From Myxococcales bacterium (lineage in GTDB: Bacteria > Myxococcota > Myxococcia > Myxococcales > Myxococcaceae), in contig JAUXRI010000243.1 in NCBI GenBank assembly GCA_030681895.1, forward strand, positions 1 through 39,528: a stretch of DNA of 39,528 nucleotides, written 5' to 3'. The translations under genes and the position numbers were made by a program. The notes under the pieces were generated by a model. That model was not told the DNA's origin and made no database searches. It was given only the letters and a program-made list of their open reading frames with translations. Of this stretch, positions 7,264 through 16,031 are shown one piece after another (within the stretch, counting starts at the first letter, position 1; each line of letters begins with the position of its first letter).

Positions 7264-9074
7264 GACGCATCGCCCTCAAGGAGCTGCGTGAGCACGGCTG
7301 GGTTCTCTCCGTGCTCTTCGTCCTCTTCGGGCTCGGCCTCGCCGTGTCGCTCAACCGCGGCGACGAAGAGGGCGGGCGCTTCTCGGCGCTGAAGGACTTC
7401 CTGCTCACCTACGGCCTCGTCGCCGCGCTCGTTGCCGGCAACCGCCTGGTGGTGCGCGAGTACACCGGCAAGACGCAGCTGTTCCTCGAGGTGCTGCCCA
7501 TCAGCCGGCTGCGCGTCGCGCTTTCGAAGTGGCTCTTCGGGTGGGGCTGGGTCTCGCTCGCGGCCGTGTCGGCCTGGGGCGCGACGTGGTGGTGGCAGGC
7601 GCGCACGCTGCCGGTGCCATTCGATGACGCGCTCCACGCGCTGGTGCCTGCGTTGCTGTGGCTCACCACGTTCTGGTCGACGTGTTTCGTCGCGGGCCTG
7701 CTCGGGCGCTACCGCCTGCTCTTCTGGGTCGTCTTCGGGCTGCTGCTCTACGCGCTCGACGAGGTCGGCCAGGTGCAGGTGATGGAGACGCCGCCGTTCC
7801 ACATCGTCTCCGAGGCCCTCGCCGTCGCGAACGCGTGGCCCGCCACCATCGACGTCGTCGTGTGTCTCGTCATTACGGCGCTGGGCCTGGGGCTGGGGCT
7901 GCTCCTGGCCACTGCCGGTGAGGGCAGCATCGCCGCGACGCTCTCGGGCCGCATGACGTCACGCGAGCGAATCCTCTCGTTCAGCGTGGTGCTCGTCGGC
8001 TTCATGCTCTTCAGCGTGCTGACGCGGCATCGAGACCGGCCTGCGTTCGCGCTCGAGTCGGTGACCCCGAAGGACTCTCCCGTCGGGCCCATCGGCGTGT
8101 TGCCCGGTGACGGCGTGAGCGACGAGGTGGCGCAGGCGTTGGTCGAGTCGATGGCCGTCGACGTCGTCACCTTCGTGCAGGCGATGCAGTACCCGAAGCT
8201 GGCCGGCGTCTACGTGGTGTCGCAGCGTGGGCTCGACCCCGACGTGATGCTCCGCGTGCCGTTGGGAGAGAAGGACGGCATCGTCTACCGCGCGAACATC
8301 GCCGACCCGCGCTTCGACGCCATCAACCTGCGCTACCGCATCCTTCACTCAGTCGTCGGTGACGTGACGGCGTCGCGCGCGCTGGAAGAGGACCGGCACT
8401 GGCTGCTCGACGGCTTCGCCTCGTACTGGACGGTGCGCGGAGATGCCGACGCTCGTGCGCTGCTGAGGAAACGCGCGGCGGCCTCGCCCATCGGGCTGAC
8501 GGTCGAGTCGGTGCGCCGATGGAACGAGACGTTCGAAGCGGCGGGCGACTGCTTCGGAATGGGCATCAGCTTCACCCTCGTCGACGCGCTCATCGACGAG
8601 CTCGGCGAGGCGCAGGTCATCGAGCTGGCCCGGAGCACCTTCGTGAAGCCGCACCGCGACCTGCGCGACATGCTCTTCGAGAAGAAGCTCGTCGCGATGC
8701 TCGCCGAGAAGAAGGTGCCCTTCGAAGCGCTGGTGGCGCGCGCCGATGCGGCTCGACGCAACGCGGGTGGCTCGCTCGGGTACGAGGGCGGAATCGAGCT
8801 GGTGCCGCAAGGTGGCGGGCAGACGCGGCTGAAGTTCTCCCTGAAGAAGCACGGTGAACCGGTGACGCGATGGCGTGGGCTCACCGCGTCGACTGGCCCC
8901 TGGCAGCAGGGCATCGGTGACAGCGAAGCGGCGCGGGTCGACGCGCGCGGCGGCCAGGCGATGGCGGCGTCGACGTTCTCGTCGGGCGAGCGGCTCTTCG
9001 CGGCCATCGAGGTCGACGACCCCGAGCTCAAGTGCAGCGCGCGCGTGCTGCAGTCGTGGCGGGTGCTCCCGTGA
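7260..9074 (+). CDS. ABC-2-type permease fused to a C-terminal M1/gluzincin-like domain whose catalytic motif is degenerate (predicted pseudo-peptidase).
   Basis: The N-terminal ~260 aa are polytopic and carry an ABC-2-like motif (REYTGKTQLFLEVLPISRLRVALSKWL). In the C-terminal domain, ILHSVVGD stands where HExxH is expected, and LLDGFASYW resembles the M1 'NEGFATY' third-ligand segment with E changed to D. The ATG at 7260 overlaps the ATPase stop (ATGA). Confidence 0.75.
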   Translation: MRRIALKELREHGWVLSVLFVLFGLGLAVSLNRGDEEGGRFSALKDFLLTYGLVAALVAGNRLVVREYTGKTQLFLEVLPISRLRVALSKWLFGWGWVSLAAVSAWGATWWWQARTLPVPFDDALHALVPALLWLTTFWSTCFVAGLLGRYRLLFWVVFGLLLYALDEVGQVQVMETPPFHIVSEALAVANAWPATIDVVVCLVITALGLGLGLLLATAGEGSIAATLSGRMTSRERILSFSVVLVGFMLFSVLTRHRDRPAFALESVTPKDSPVGPIGVLPGDGVSDEVAQALVESMAVDVVTFVQAMQYPKLAGVYVVSQRGLDPDVMLRVPLGEKDGIVYRANIADPRFDAINLRYRILHSVVGDVTASRALEEDRHWLLDGFASYWTVRGDADARALLRKRAAASPIGLTVESVRRWNETFEAAGDCFGMGISFTLVDALIDELGEAQVIELARSTFVKPHRDLRDMLFEKKLVAMLAEKKVPFEALVARADAARRNAGGSLGYEGGIELVPQGGGQTRLKFSLKKHGEPVTRWRGLTASTGPWQQGIGDSEAARVDARGGQAMAASTFSSGERLFAAIEVDDPELKCSARVLQSWRVLP

Positions 9075-11041
9075 CGAAGACGCTGCTCCGCAAGGAGCTC
9101 CGCGCGCTGCGGCCGTACCTCGTCTTTGCACTCGTCCTGATGGGCGCGACGGTGTTCGACGTGGTGGTGACCGAGTCGGCGTTCCGCTCGCTCGCCGAGA
9201 CGTTCTCCTCGGTGGCGTCGATGCCGCTTCCGCTCATCTTCGGCATCGTGGCGCTCGCGCTCGGCACCGGCGTCTCGGTGAAGGAGCGCGACGAAGGCAC
9301 GCTCGCGTTCCTCGATGCGTTGCCGGTGACGCGCACGCACGTCTTCTTCGTGAAGCTCCTCGCCGCGATGCTGGTGCTCTCGGCGTTTCCGTTCTTCCAG
9401 CTGGGCTGGGCGGTCTTCGAGCACGCCTTCGCGCGAGGCAGCCTCGACACGCCGTTTCACTGGAACATCCTGCTGGGCGCGTTCCTCATGCAGCTGCAGT
9501 TGATGGCGACCTTCCTCGCGGCCGGCACACTCCTCGGCTTCGCGCGGAGCCTCACGTGGATGCTGGTCGGCGTCGTCGCGGCGGGCCTGCAGCGGCTCAT
9601 TCATTTCGTGCCGAGGCTGGCCATGCTCGACCCGCTGCGGCTGGTGGAGTCGGGCGTCGAGGGCGTCAGGTGGAACTACGAGGTCGAAGTCATCGGCGCG
9701 CAGGCGGCCATCGCCACGGCGTGCACGCTCGTCTCGTGGGTCCTCTTCGTTCGTGCGGGCCGCAGCCGCTCCATCACCGTGAACCGGCCCGTCGTCGGAG
9801 CCCTCGTCACGCTGCTGACCCTCGGCGCCATCTTCGGGGCGCTCACGCTCTGGTGGAAGACGGACTCAGGCGGCACCGCATCGAACGAGCCCGACCTCGA
9901 GAACGTTCCCGAGTCGGCGCCGGCGAGCACCACCACCACGCACTACGAGTTCAGCTACCCGAGCATCGAGTCGAAGGCCGCGCTCGAGCTCGCCGAGAAG
10001 GCCGATGTGACGTTCCTCCAGGTCAGCGAGCTGCTCGGCGTCGATGGTGGTGTGCCCATTCTCGTCGACCTGTCGGGCTCGATGCGGAACACCGTGGGCA
10101 CCGCGTTCATGGACCGCATCCGCATGCGCGCCGATGACGAAGCCGTCGCGACGCTGGCGCACGAGACGAGCCACGTCATCGCCCGCAGACTCATCGGAGA
10201 AGAGGGCTTCAGGCGGTGGTCGAACGCGCGGGTGCTCGACGAGGGGCTGGCGTCGTGGGTCGAAGGGCACTTCCTCATCCACCCCGACGAGGAGCAGCTG
10301 GTGCTCGCGGCGCTGCTCGACCGCAATGAGCTGCACCTCACCGACATCATCGACTTCGAGACCTTCACGAAGAACGGCGACGACGACCTCAAGTACGTCA
10401 TCGGCCGCGGGCTCATCGACGCGATGGTGAAGCGCTACGGGCCTGCGTCGATTCACAAGCTGCTCCGCGCGTTCGGTGACGAGCAGCTGCCGCCGAAGCT
10501 GGGCGGTGCGGCGTTGTGGCAGGCGACGTTCCAGCTGGCGGGCATGGACCTCTCGCTCGTCGCCGATGACTTCTTCGCTGCGGTCGAGAAGACGCTCGAG
10601 GCACGTCGCGCGCTCGTCGACGCGCTCCCACGTCCGCAGACGAAGCTGGTGACGCAGGAGGAGTGGTACGGCATCGAGGTGTCGGCCGAGCCCGCAGAGG
10701 AATACCCGAGGCTGGTGCTCCGCTATCGGCCCGGGCCTGACAGCTCGCTCGACGAATACGACCGTACCTGGGTTCGCAACGGTGACGTGTCGTGGCGAGA
10801 GAACGAGCTCATTCAACGGCGGCGGCTGTGCTTCCAGGCCGGGCTGCAGCTGAGTCGGAAGGCGACGCTGTTCGAGCCGTGGACGTGTCTGCCTCTGAGC
10901 TCCGCGGCGCCCCACGTGCCGCGCGAAGAGCCCGTCGAGCCAGACATCGAGACGTTCGACTTCGATGGGGGCGTGCTCCTCGACGGCGAGCGTGTCGATG
11001 GTGGGGAGCTCGACGCGCTCGATTTGCCCGACGCGGGTTGA
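9071..11041 (+). CDS. ABC-2-type permease fused to a C-terminal M1/gluzincin-like metallopeptidase domain with an intact HExxH-(22)-E motif.
   Basis: The N-terminal membrane domain has the same ABC-2 motif (KERDEGTLAFLDALPVTRTHVFFVKLL). The C-terminal domain contains LAHETSHVIARRL...VLDEGLASWVEGHF, i.e. HExxH plus a downstream Glu spaced as in the M1 family. The GTG at 9071 overlaps the preceding stop (GTGA). An in-frame ATG at 9032 is an alternative start. Confidence 0.75.
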   Translation: MTKTLLRKELRALRPYLVFALVLMGATVFDVVVTESAFRSLAETFSSVASMPLPLIFGIVALALGTGVSVKERDEGTLAFLDALPVTRTHVFFVKLLAAMLVLSAFPFFQLGWAVFEHAFARGSLDTPFHWNILLGAFLMQLQLMATFLAAGTLLGFARSLTWMLVGVVAAGLQRLIHFVPRLAMLDPLRLVESGVEGVRWNYEVEVIGAQAAIATACTLVSWVLFVRAGRSRSITVNRPVVGALVTLLTLGAIFGALTLWWKTDSGGTASNEPDLENVPESAPASTTTTHYEFSYPSIESKAALELAEKADVTFLQVSELLGVDGGVPILVDLSGSMRNTVGTAFMDRIRMRADDEAVATLAHETSHVIARRLIGEEGFRRWSNARVLDEGLASWVEGHFLIHPDEEQLVLAALLDRNELHLTDIIDFETFTKNGDDDLKYVIGRGLIDAMVKRYGPASIHKLLRAFGDEQLPPKLGGAALWQATFQLAGMDLSLVADDFFAAVEKTLEARRALVDALPRPQTKLVTQEEWYGIEVSAEPAEEYPRLVLRYRPGPDSSLDEYDRTWVRNGDVSWRENELIQRRRLCFQAGLQLSRKATLFEPWTCLPLSSAAPHVPREEPVEPDIETFDFDGGVLLDGERVDGGELDALDLPDAG

Positions 11042-11288
11042 GGTGCCGTCAGCCTTCGTCCGGCTGAACGTCACGCTGAGCATGCCTCCGCTCGTCGTCA
11101 GCTCGCAGCGCAGCCTGGTGCTGCTCGAAGCTCTGGTCCGGGCGCGCTGAAGTTCCGCGCACTCGGGTGACCGACGACCATCGTTCCCGTCGAGTCCAGG
11201 CGCCCGCGCGCCCGTCGACCGACCTCCCCACGTTCAGCAGCTTTCCACCCATCACGCGCGGCCACTGGCCGACGCGAACGAGACCTCT

Positions 11289-13271
11289 ATGTCCACCACC
11301 CTGAAGAGAACCCGCTTGTTCGGCGTGCTCGCGCACGTCGACGCAGGCAAGACCACCGTGAGCGAGCGCATGTTGTTCGCGAGCGGCCGCATTCACCGCA
11401 TCGGTGAGGTGCACCACGGCACCACCACCCTCGACCACGGCGCCGAAGAGAAGAAGCACGGCATCACCATCTCTGCGGCCGCGTCGTCGTTCACCTGGCA
11501 GCCCGCCGGGATGGACGAGCATCACCTCACGCTCATCGACACTCCGGGGCACGTCGACTTCGCCATCGAGGTCGAGCGGGCGCTGCGTGTGCTCGACGGC
11601 GCGGTGGTGGTGCTCGACGCAGGCCGGGGCGTGGAGCCGCAGACCGAGAGCGTGTGGCGCCAGGCCGATCGGCACGGCGTTCCGCGCGTCGTCTTCATCA
11701 ACAAGCTCGACGCTCCGGGAGCGTCGGTGGAGCGCTGTCTCACCGACCTCGCAGAGCGTCTCGGCGCGCGTCCCCTGTTGCTTCAGTGGGTACGGGCCGA
11801 CGGCACCATCATCGACGTCATCGAGCAGCAGGCGCTGCAGTTCGGGCCTGATGGCACGGTGTCGCGCTCGCCAGCCGACGAGGCCGAGCGACGGGAGCTG
11901 CTCGTTCAACGGCTCGCCGAGCTCGACGCGGGTGTGATGGAGGCGTGGGCGCGCGATGAAGACGTCTCGTCCTCGACGCTCCACGCGGCGGTTCGCCGGC
12001 TCACCTGCGCAGGGCAGCTCGTGCCAGTGCTCTGTGGTGCGGCGCTCAAGAACCGGGGCGTTCCTCCGGTGCTCGACGCCGTGGTGCGCTACCTGCCGTC
12101 ACCTGAAGATCGGGTTCTTCCGAGCGGTCTTCGCGCAGTGGAAGACGGAGCGCCGTGTGGCTTCGTCTTCAAGACCGACGTCGACGCGCACGTGGGCAGC
12201 CTGGCCTGGGTCCGCCTGTTCCAGGGCACGGTGCGCCCAGGTGACTCGCTCGTCGTGCGACCGTCCTTGCGGCGGGAGCGCGTCGCGCGCGTGCTCGGGC
12301 TCCATGGTGGCCACTTCGAGCCGATGACGGCGCTCGGACCCGGTGGCATCGCCGCGCTCGTGGGCCTCAAGTCTGCGCGCACGGGTGACACCGTGACGTC
12401 GGAGTCGCTCGATGTCGTCTTCGAGAAGCTCTCGACGGTCGAGCCGGTCGTTCAGCTCGCGTTGTCGGCGAAGTCGACCGAGGAGCAGACGAAGCTCGGT
12501 GAAGCGTTGCGGCGTGCGTGCCTGGAAGATCCATCGCTCCAGGTGCGCGTCGACGGCGAGACGGGGCAGACGGTGCTGTGCGGCGTGGGAGAGCTGCACC
12601 TCGCCATCTGGCTCGAGAAGCTGTCGCGGCGTGAAGGGCTCGAGGTGAGGGCCTCGGCGCCGGCCGTCTCGTATCGAGACACCATCACCGGCGTCGAAAC
12701 CGTGACGTACCGGCACGTTCGACAGAACAGCGGCCCGGGCCAGTTTGCAGTGGTGACGGTGAAGGTCGCGCCGTCACCCGCTGGTGCTGGGGTCTCGTTC
12801 GTCGACGACGTCGAGCGCGGCGTCATTCCTGCCGAGTTCATTCCCGCGGTGGAGCGGGGCGCACGCGCGGCGTTGGAGCGTGGCGTGCGTGAGGGCGTGC
12901 CGGTCGTCGACGTCGAGGTGACGTTGCTCGACGGGCTCACGCACTCGGTGGACTCGAGCCCGATGGCGTTCGAGGTGGCAGCGTCGCTGGCCGTACAGCA
13001 GGCGGTGGAGCGCGCTGGCTTGTGCCGTCTCGAGCCTGTCGCCCGTGCGCAGGTGACGGTTCCGGAGTCGTTCCTGGGGCCGGCACTCGGCGAGGTGGCG
13101 TCGCGGCGTGGCGCGGTGCAGGGCGTGTCGACGGTGGGACCCGTGTGCGTCATCGAGGCGCGGGTGCCCATCGCGCGCACGTTCGGCTTCGTGACGAGTC
13201 TGCGAAGTCGAACCGAAGGGCGCGGCTCGGTGTCACTGAGTCACGCCGGCTTCGAGCCCGTGAAGGCGTAG
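11289..13271 (+). CDS. EF-G-family translational GTPase paralogue (660 aa; EF-G-like / ribosomal-protection-type size).
   Basis: G1 AHVDAGKTT, G3 DTPGH and G4 NKLD are all present. RIGEVHHGTTTLDHGAEEKKHGITI aligns to the EF-G N-terminus. It is about 40 aa shorter than canonical EF-G and is preceded by a 247-nt leader. Confidence 0.85.
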   Translation: MSTTLKRTRLFGVLAHVDAGKTTVSERMLFASGRIHRIGEVHHGTTTLDHGAEEKKHGITISAAASSFTWQPAGMDEHHLTLIDTPGHVDFAIEVERALRVLDGAVVVLDAGRGVEPQTESVWRQADRHGVPRVVFINKLDAPGASVERCLTDLAERLGARPLLLQWVRADGTIIDVIEQQALQFGPDGTVSRSPADEAERRELLVQRLAELDAGVMEAWARDEDVSSSTLHAAVRRLTCAGQLVPVLCGAALKNRGVPPVLDAVVRYLPSPEDRVLPSGLRAVEDGAPCGFVFKTDVDAHVGSLAWVRLFQGTVRPGDSLVVRPSLRRERVARVLGLHGGHFEPMTALGPGGIAALVGLKSARTGDTVTSESLDVVFEKLSTVEPVVQLALSAKSTEEQTKLGEALRRACLEDPSLQVRVDGETGQTVLCGVGELHLAIWLEKLSRREGLEVRASAPAVSYRDTITGVETVTYRHVRQNSGPGQFAVVTVKVAPSPAGAGVSFVDDVERGVIPAEFIPAVERGARAALERGVREGVPVVDVEVTLLDGLTHSVDSSPMAFEVAASLAVQQAVERAGLCRLEPVARAQVTVPESFLGPALGEVASRRGAVQGVSTVGPVCVIEARVPIARTFGFVTSLRSRTEGRGSVSLSHAGFEPVKA

Positions 13272-13295
13272 TCAAACAGTCAGTCAGTCGGGTGT

Positions 13296-13326
13296 GGCCG
13301 CCAGAGGACGTGTGTCTCTGGCGGCC
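13296..13326. terminator. Putative bidirectional stem-loop between convergent genes.
   Basis: Perfect 11-bp inverted repeat GGCCGCCAGAG-(9 nt loop)-CTCTGGCGGCC. It lies in the 64-bp gap between the EF-G-like stop (13271) and the stop of the minus-strand lipoprotein gene (13336). A T-rich tract (tgtctttc) follows on the plus strand. Confidence 0.4.
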
Positions 13327-13335
13327 GCGTGTCTT

Positions 13336-14862
13336 TCAGCGCTGCACCGCGACGCCTTGCGCCTGGTCGGTAGGCTCGCTCCCGAAGTCGATGACGGCGC
13401 CTTGATTCGCGGCCGTGCCGTTCATCGCGTCGAGCTGCACGCGGAACAGCTCAGTGACGCCGGTGATGAAGACCGAGCCTTTCTGCGGGCCGCGTTCGAT
13501 GAGGTCGCTCGTCGAGCCCAGCGGAAGGCCGGTGACCGCGGTGCCGAGCGCGATGCCGGCCGGCGTGATGACGACCGGCGTCGCGCGATTGCGGAACGGC
13601 TGCGAGACGAGCGCCACCGAGCGCGTACCGTCCGAGTCTGGGTGGAAGACGATGTCGGCGGGCTCTGCGATGACGGTGTTGCGCGTCGCCAGCATCGAGC
13701 TGTTCGCGCCCAGGGCGATGAGGCCCAGGCCGGGCATGAAGGCTTCATCGGAGACGAGCACGAAGCCTCCCTTCGGGGCGACGGCGAACCCCGCAGGCGT
13801 GCCGGTGACGACGGGCGTGATGTGCGTACGCGCGGTCTCGTACGGGTCGATGACCATCACGCGCTCGGGCCGGTTCTGCAGGCCAGGCGACACTGGCAAC
13901 ACCACGCGCCCGGTCTCGCGCTCGACGTCGAGCTGGAGCGCCGGCCCGGGAATCTCGGCCACCTGCGTCGCGGTGCCGAGGGTGGCGAGATCCTCCGACG
14001 GCGTGAAGCGCCACAGCGTGTAGTCCGACGACCCCGACGGCGCCGACCCCACCACCCACAGGTGCCGGCCATCGTGGCTGAAGCGCGCGTCGATGACCTC
14101 ACCGCGAGGCGGACGAATGCCCGTGTGCAGCACGCGAGCGTTCACCGGGTTCGCGTCGAGCGGCGTCTCGATGATGGACAAGGAGCCACCCGTGTCGGCG
14201 ACGACGACGGTCGCGCGGCCGTGCGGCGCGGCGCGGTGCAGCTTCGGCCCGAGGCCCGCCTGCAAACGCCGCACGCCGGTGAGGTCGGTGCCATTCCACT
14301 GGCCCACGCTGAGCTCCGTGTGCCGAGCCGTGACGCCGCCGCCGTCGAGACCGACGAGAGGGTGCCCGATGGTGATGAGTCGCTTCGTCGCTGGGTCGTT
14401 CCTGAGGTTCGCCGTCGCCCGGCCCAACACCATTCCGCCGCTCACCACCTCGAGCTGCACGGGCCCATCGGCGTCGACGTCGTCGAACGATTGCCACGTC
14501 AGCTCGCCGCTGCCGCCATCGCGCGTACTGCCTCGCAGCAGCGTCGCCGTCTTCGTGCCGCCGTCGTTGCGCACGCGCAGCTCCCACGTGTCGACAGGCG
14601 CGGTGACGCTGACGGCAATCGGACCACGGCGCGGAGCCGGAGAGACCGTGATGGTGGCGGTGTCGACGGTTCCTCCGCTCTGACCGCCGGCTGTCGCGCC
14701 GCCTCCGGTGCCCGACGTGCCGCCGCCGCTCGAACCGCCTGCCACCGACGAGCCGCCACCGGTGGCGCCCTGCCCGCTGTCGGGCCGGGTGTTGTCCACC
14801 ATGCCGGCCGTGTTGCCGCAGCCGACGGTGACGAAGAAGACGCTGACGAGGAACGTGCGCAT
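13336..14862 (-). CDS. Lipoprotein with a Gly/Ser/Thr-rich linker and a beta-propeller-like repeat region (508 aa).
   Basis: The real start is MRTFLVSVFFVTVGC (lipobox) at 14860-14862; the track ORF extends further 5' through Arg-rich sequence. A GGGSSVAGGSSGGGTSGTGGGATAGGQSGG linker follows. After that come repeated beta-strand-like segments. Confidence 0.65.
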   Translation of the reverse strand: MRTFLVSVFFVTVGCGNTAGMVDNTRPDSGQGATGGGSSVAGGSSGGGTSGTGGGATAGGQSGGTVDTATITVSPAPRRGPIAVSVTAPVDTWELRVRNDGGTKTATLLRGSTRDGGSGELTWQSFDDVDADGPVQLEVVSGGMVLGRATANLRNDPATKRLITIGHPLVGLDGGGVTARHTELSVGQWNGTDLTGVRRLQAGLGPKLHRAAPHGRATVVVADTGGSLSIIETPLDANPVNARVLHTGIRPPRGEVIDARFSHDGRHLWVVGSAPSGSSDYTLWRFTPSEDLATLGTATQVAEIPGPALQLDVERETGRVVLPVSPGLQNRPERVMVIDPYETARTHITPVVTGTPAGFAVAPKGGFVLVSDEAFMPGLGLIALGANSSMLATRNTVIAEPADIVFHPDSDGTRSVALVSQPFRNRATPVVITPAGIALGTAVTGLPLGSTSDLIERGPQKGSVFITGVTELFRVQLDAMNGTAANQGAVIDFGSEPTDQAQGVAVQR

Positions 14863-14959
14863 GGGCGTGGCGCATAGCCCACGCCGCGGCCTCGTCTGGC
14901 GTCTCTGAAACGGCACACCTGGGGAACTCTCCAGCAGCGAGTGATGTTCTGATGACGCC

Positions 14960-15958
14960 GTGTGGGTCACCCTCGTGATCGCGTCGATGCTCACCGCTGA
15001 TGGCGGCACCGAGTGGCGCGCGCGCGTCGAGGCGTCCCTCGAGGCGCATCGGCAGAAGTACGCAGGGTGGAGAAAGCGCTCGATGCCGCCGCGGCCGTCG
15101 ATCGTCGAGCTCGACCTTCCCGAGGCGGTGCTGTCGAGCTGTCTGGGCGAACGAGACGCTGGGTCCTGTCCGGGCTCCGAGTGGCTGTACCTCGAGGCGC
15201 TCGCCGCGAAGGCGACCCCGACGTCCGCAGAGGTCGTCTTCAGCTGGGCCAGCCGGCAGTCGTACCCCGCCTCGGCGTACTGGGTGCTCGCGATGCGTGG
15301 ACCCGTGCGCTCCGTCGTGGAGCTGCAGCGACGCGACGCGGCGAAGTCGACGCAGAGCCTTGCGTACGCGTTGGCGCTGACTCGCGCGGGCGACCTCGAG
15401 CCGACGGAACGCACCCGGCTGTACGAGCTGCTCCGCGCACAGGTCGACCGCCCGGCGAATGGCGATTCGTCGGCGCTGTGGAAAGCGCTGCACGCGCTCC
15501 AGCCTGGCCGGGCACGAGACGAGCTCGCGGCGATGCTCGACGCGCGCGGCGACATCTACGTGCTCTTCGGTCTGCAATGGGAACCGCGGCCGATGAGCGA
15601 CACCGTGCGCGCAGCGCTGCTGGCCCGGGTGAACGACTGGGAGCGCTCGAGCCGCGACCTCTTCAACGACGTCTTGCTCGAGAACCTCGGCGACGAGGCG
15701 GTGCCGGCGTTGAAGGCGTGGCTGTCGCGCGAGGCCTCTCGTCGCGACTCCGCTGAAGCCGTGACGCGGTTGTTGACGGTGCTCGCGCGCCAGCCGGCGT
15801 CTCCCGTCATCGACGCGTGGATTCCCGCGCTGGTTCGCGACGAACGGTTGCCTCAGTACGAGCGGTGGCTGGTGCTGCGCGCGGCCCGCGAGCGCAACCA
15901 CCCGAAGGCCGCCGAGCTCTCGACGTGGTGGCGATCGCTGAAGCGGTGCTGCGACTGA
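14960..15958 (+). CDS. Hypothetical helical-repeat protein (332 aa).
   Basis: GTG start at 14960. It has high GC3 and coherent Leu/Ala-rich helical composition. It is divergent from the lipoprotein gene with a ~97-bp spacer. No recognisable catalytic motif is seen. Confidence 0.5.
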   Translation: MWVTLVIASMLTADGGTEWRARVEASLEAHRQKYAGWRKRSMPPRPSIVELDLPEAVLSSCLGERDAGSCPGSEWLYLEALAAKATPTSAEVVFSWASRQSYPASAYWVLAMRGPVRSVVELQRRDAAKSTQSLAYALALTRAGDLEPTERTRLYELLRAQVDRPANGDSSALWKALHALQPGRARDELAAMLDARGDIYVLFGLQWEPRPMSDTVRAALLARVNDWERSSRDLFNDVLLENLGDEAVPALKAWLSREASRRDSAEAVTRLLTVLARQPASPVIDAWIPALVRDERLPQYERWLVLRAARERNHPKAAELSTWWRSLKRCCD

Positions 15959-16031
15959 CCCGGCATCGGGTGTTCGACCGACGGTGATGAGGTGGATGCC
16001 CGAGCGTCGCGCGAGAGCGGACGATGGGCCC

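Noticed and set aside
8345-10137. Overlapping 419-aa (minus) and 420-aa (plus, 8875..10137) ORFs across the permease genes.
   Set aside because: They are Arg-rich and out of frame relative to the membrane-protein frames, which show clean TM segments and ABC-2 motifs.
11049-11984. 311-aa minus ORF overlapping the EF-G-like gene start and its leader.
   Set aside because: It is antisense to unmistakable G-domain motifs and has Arg-rich composition.
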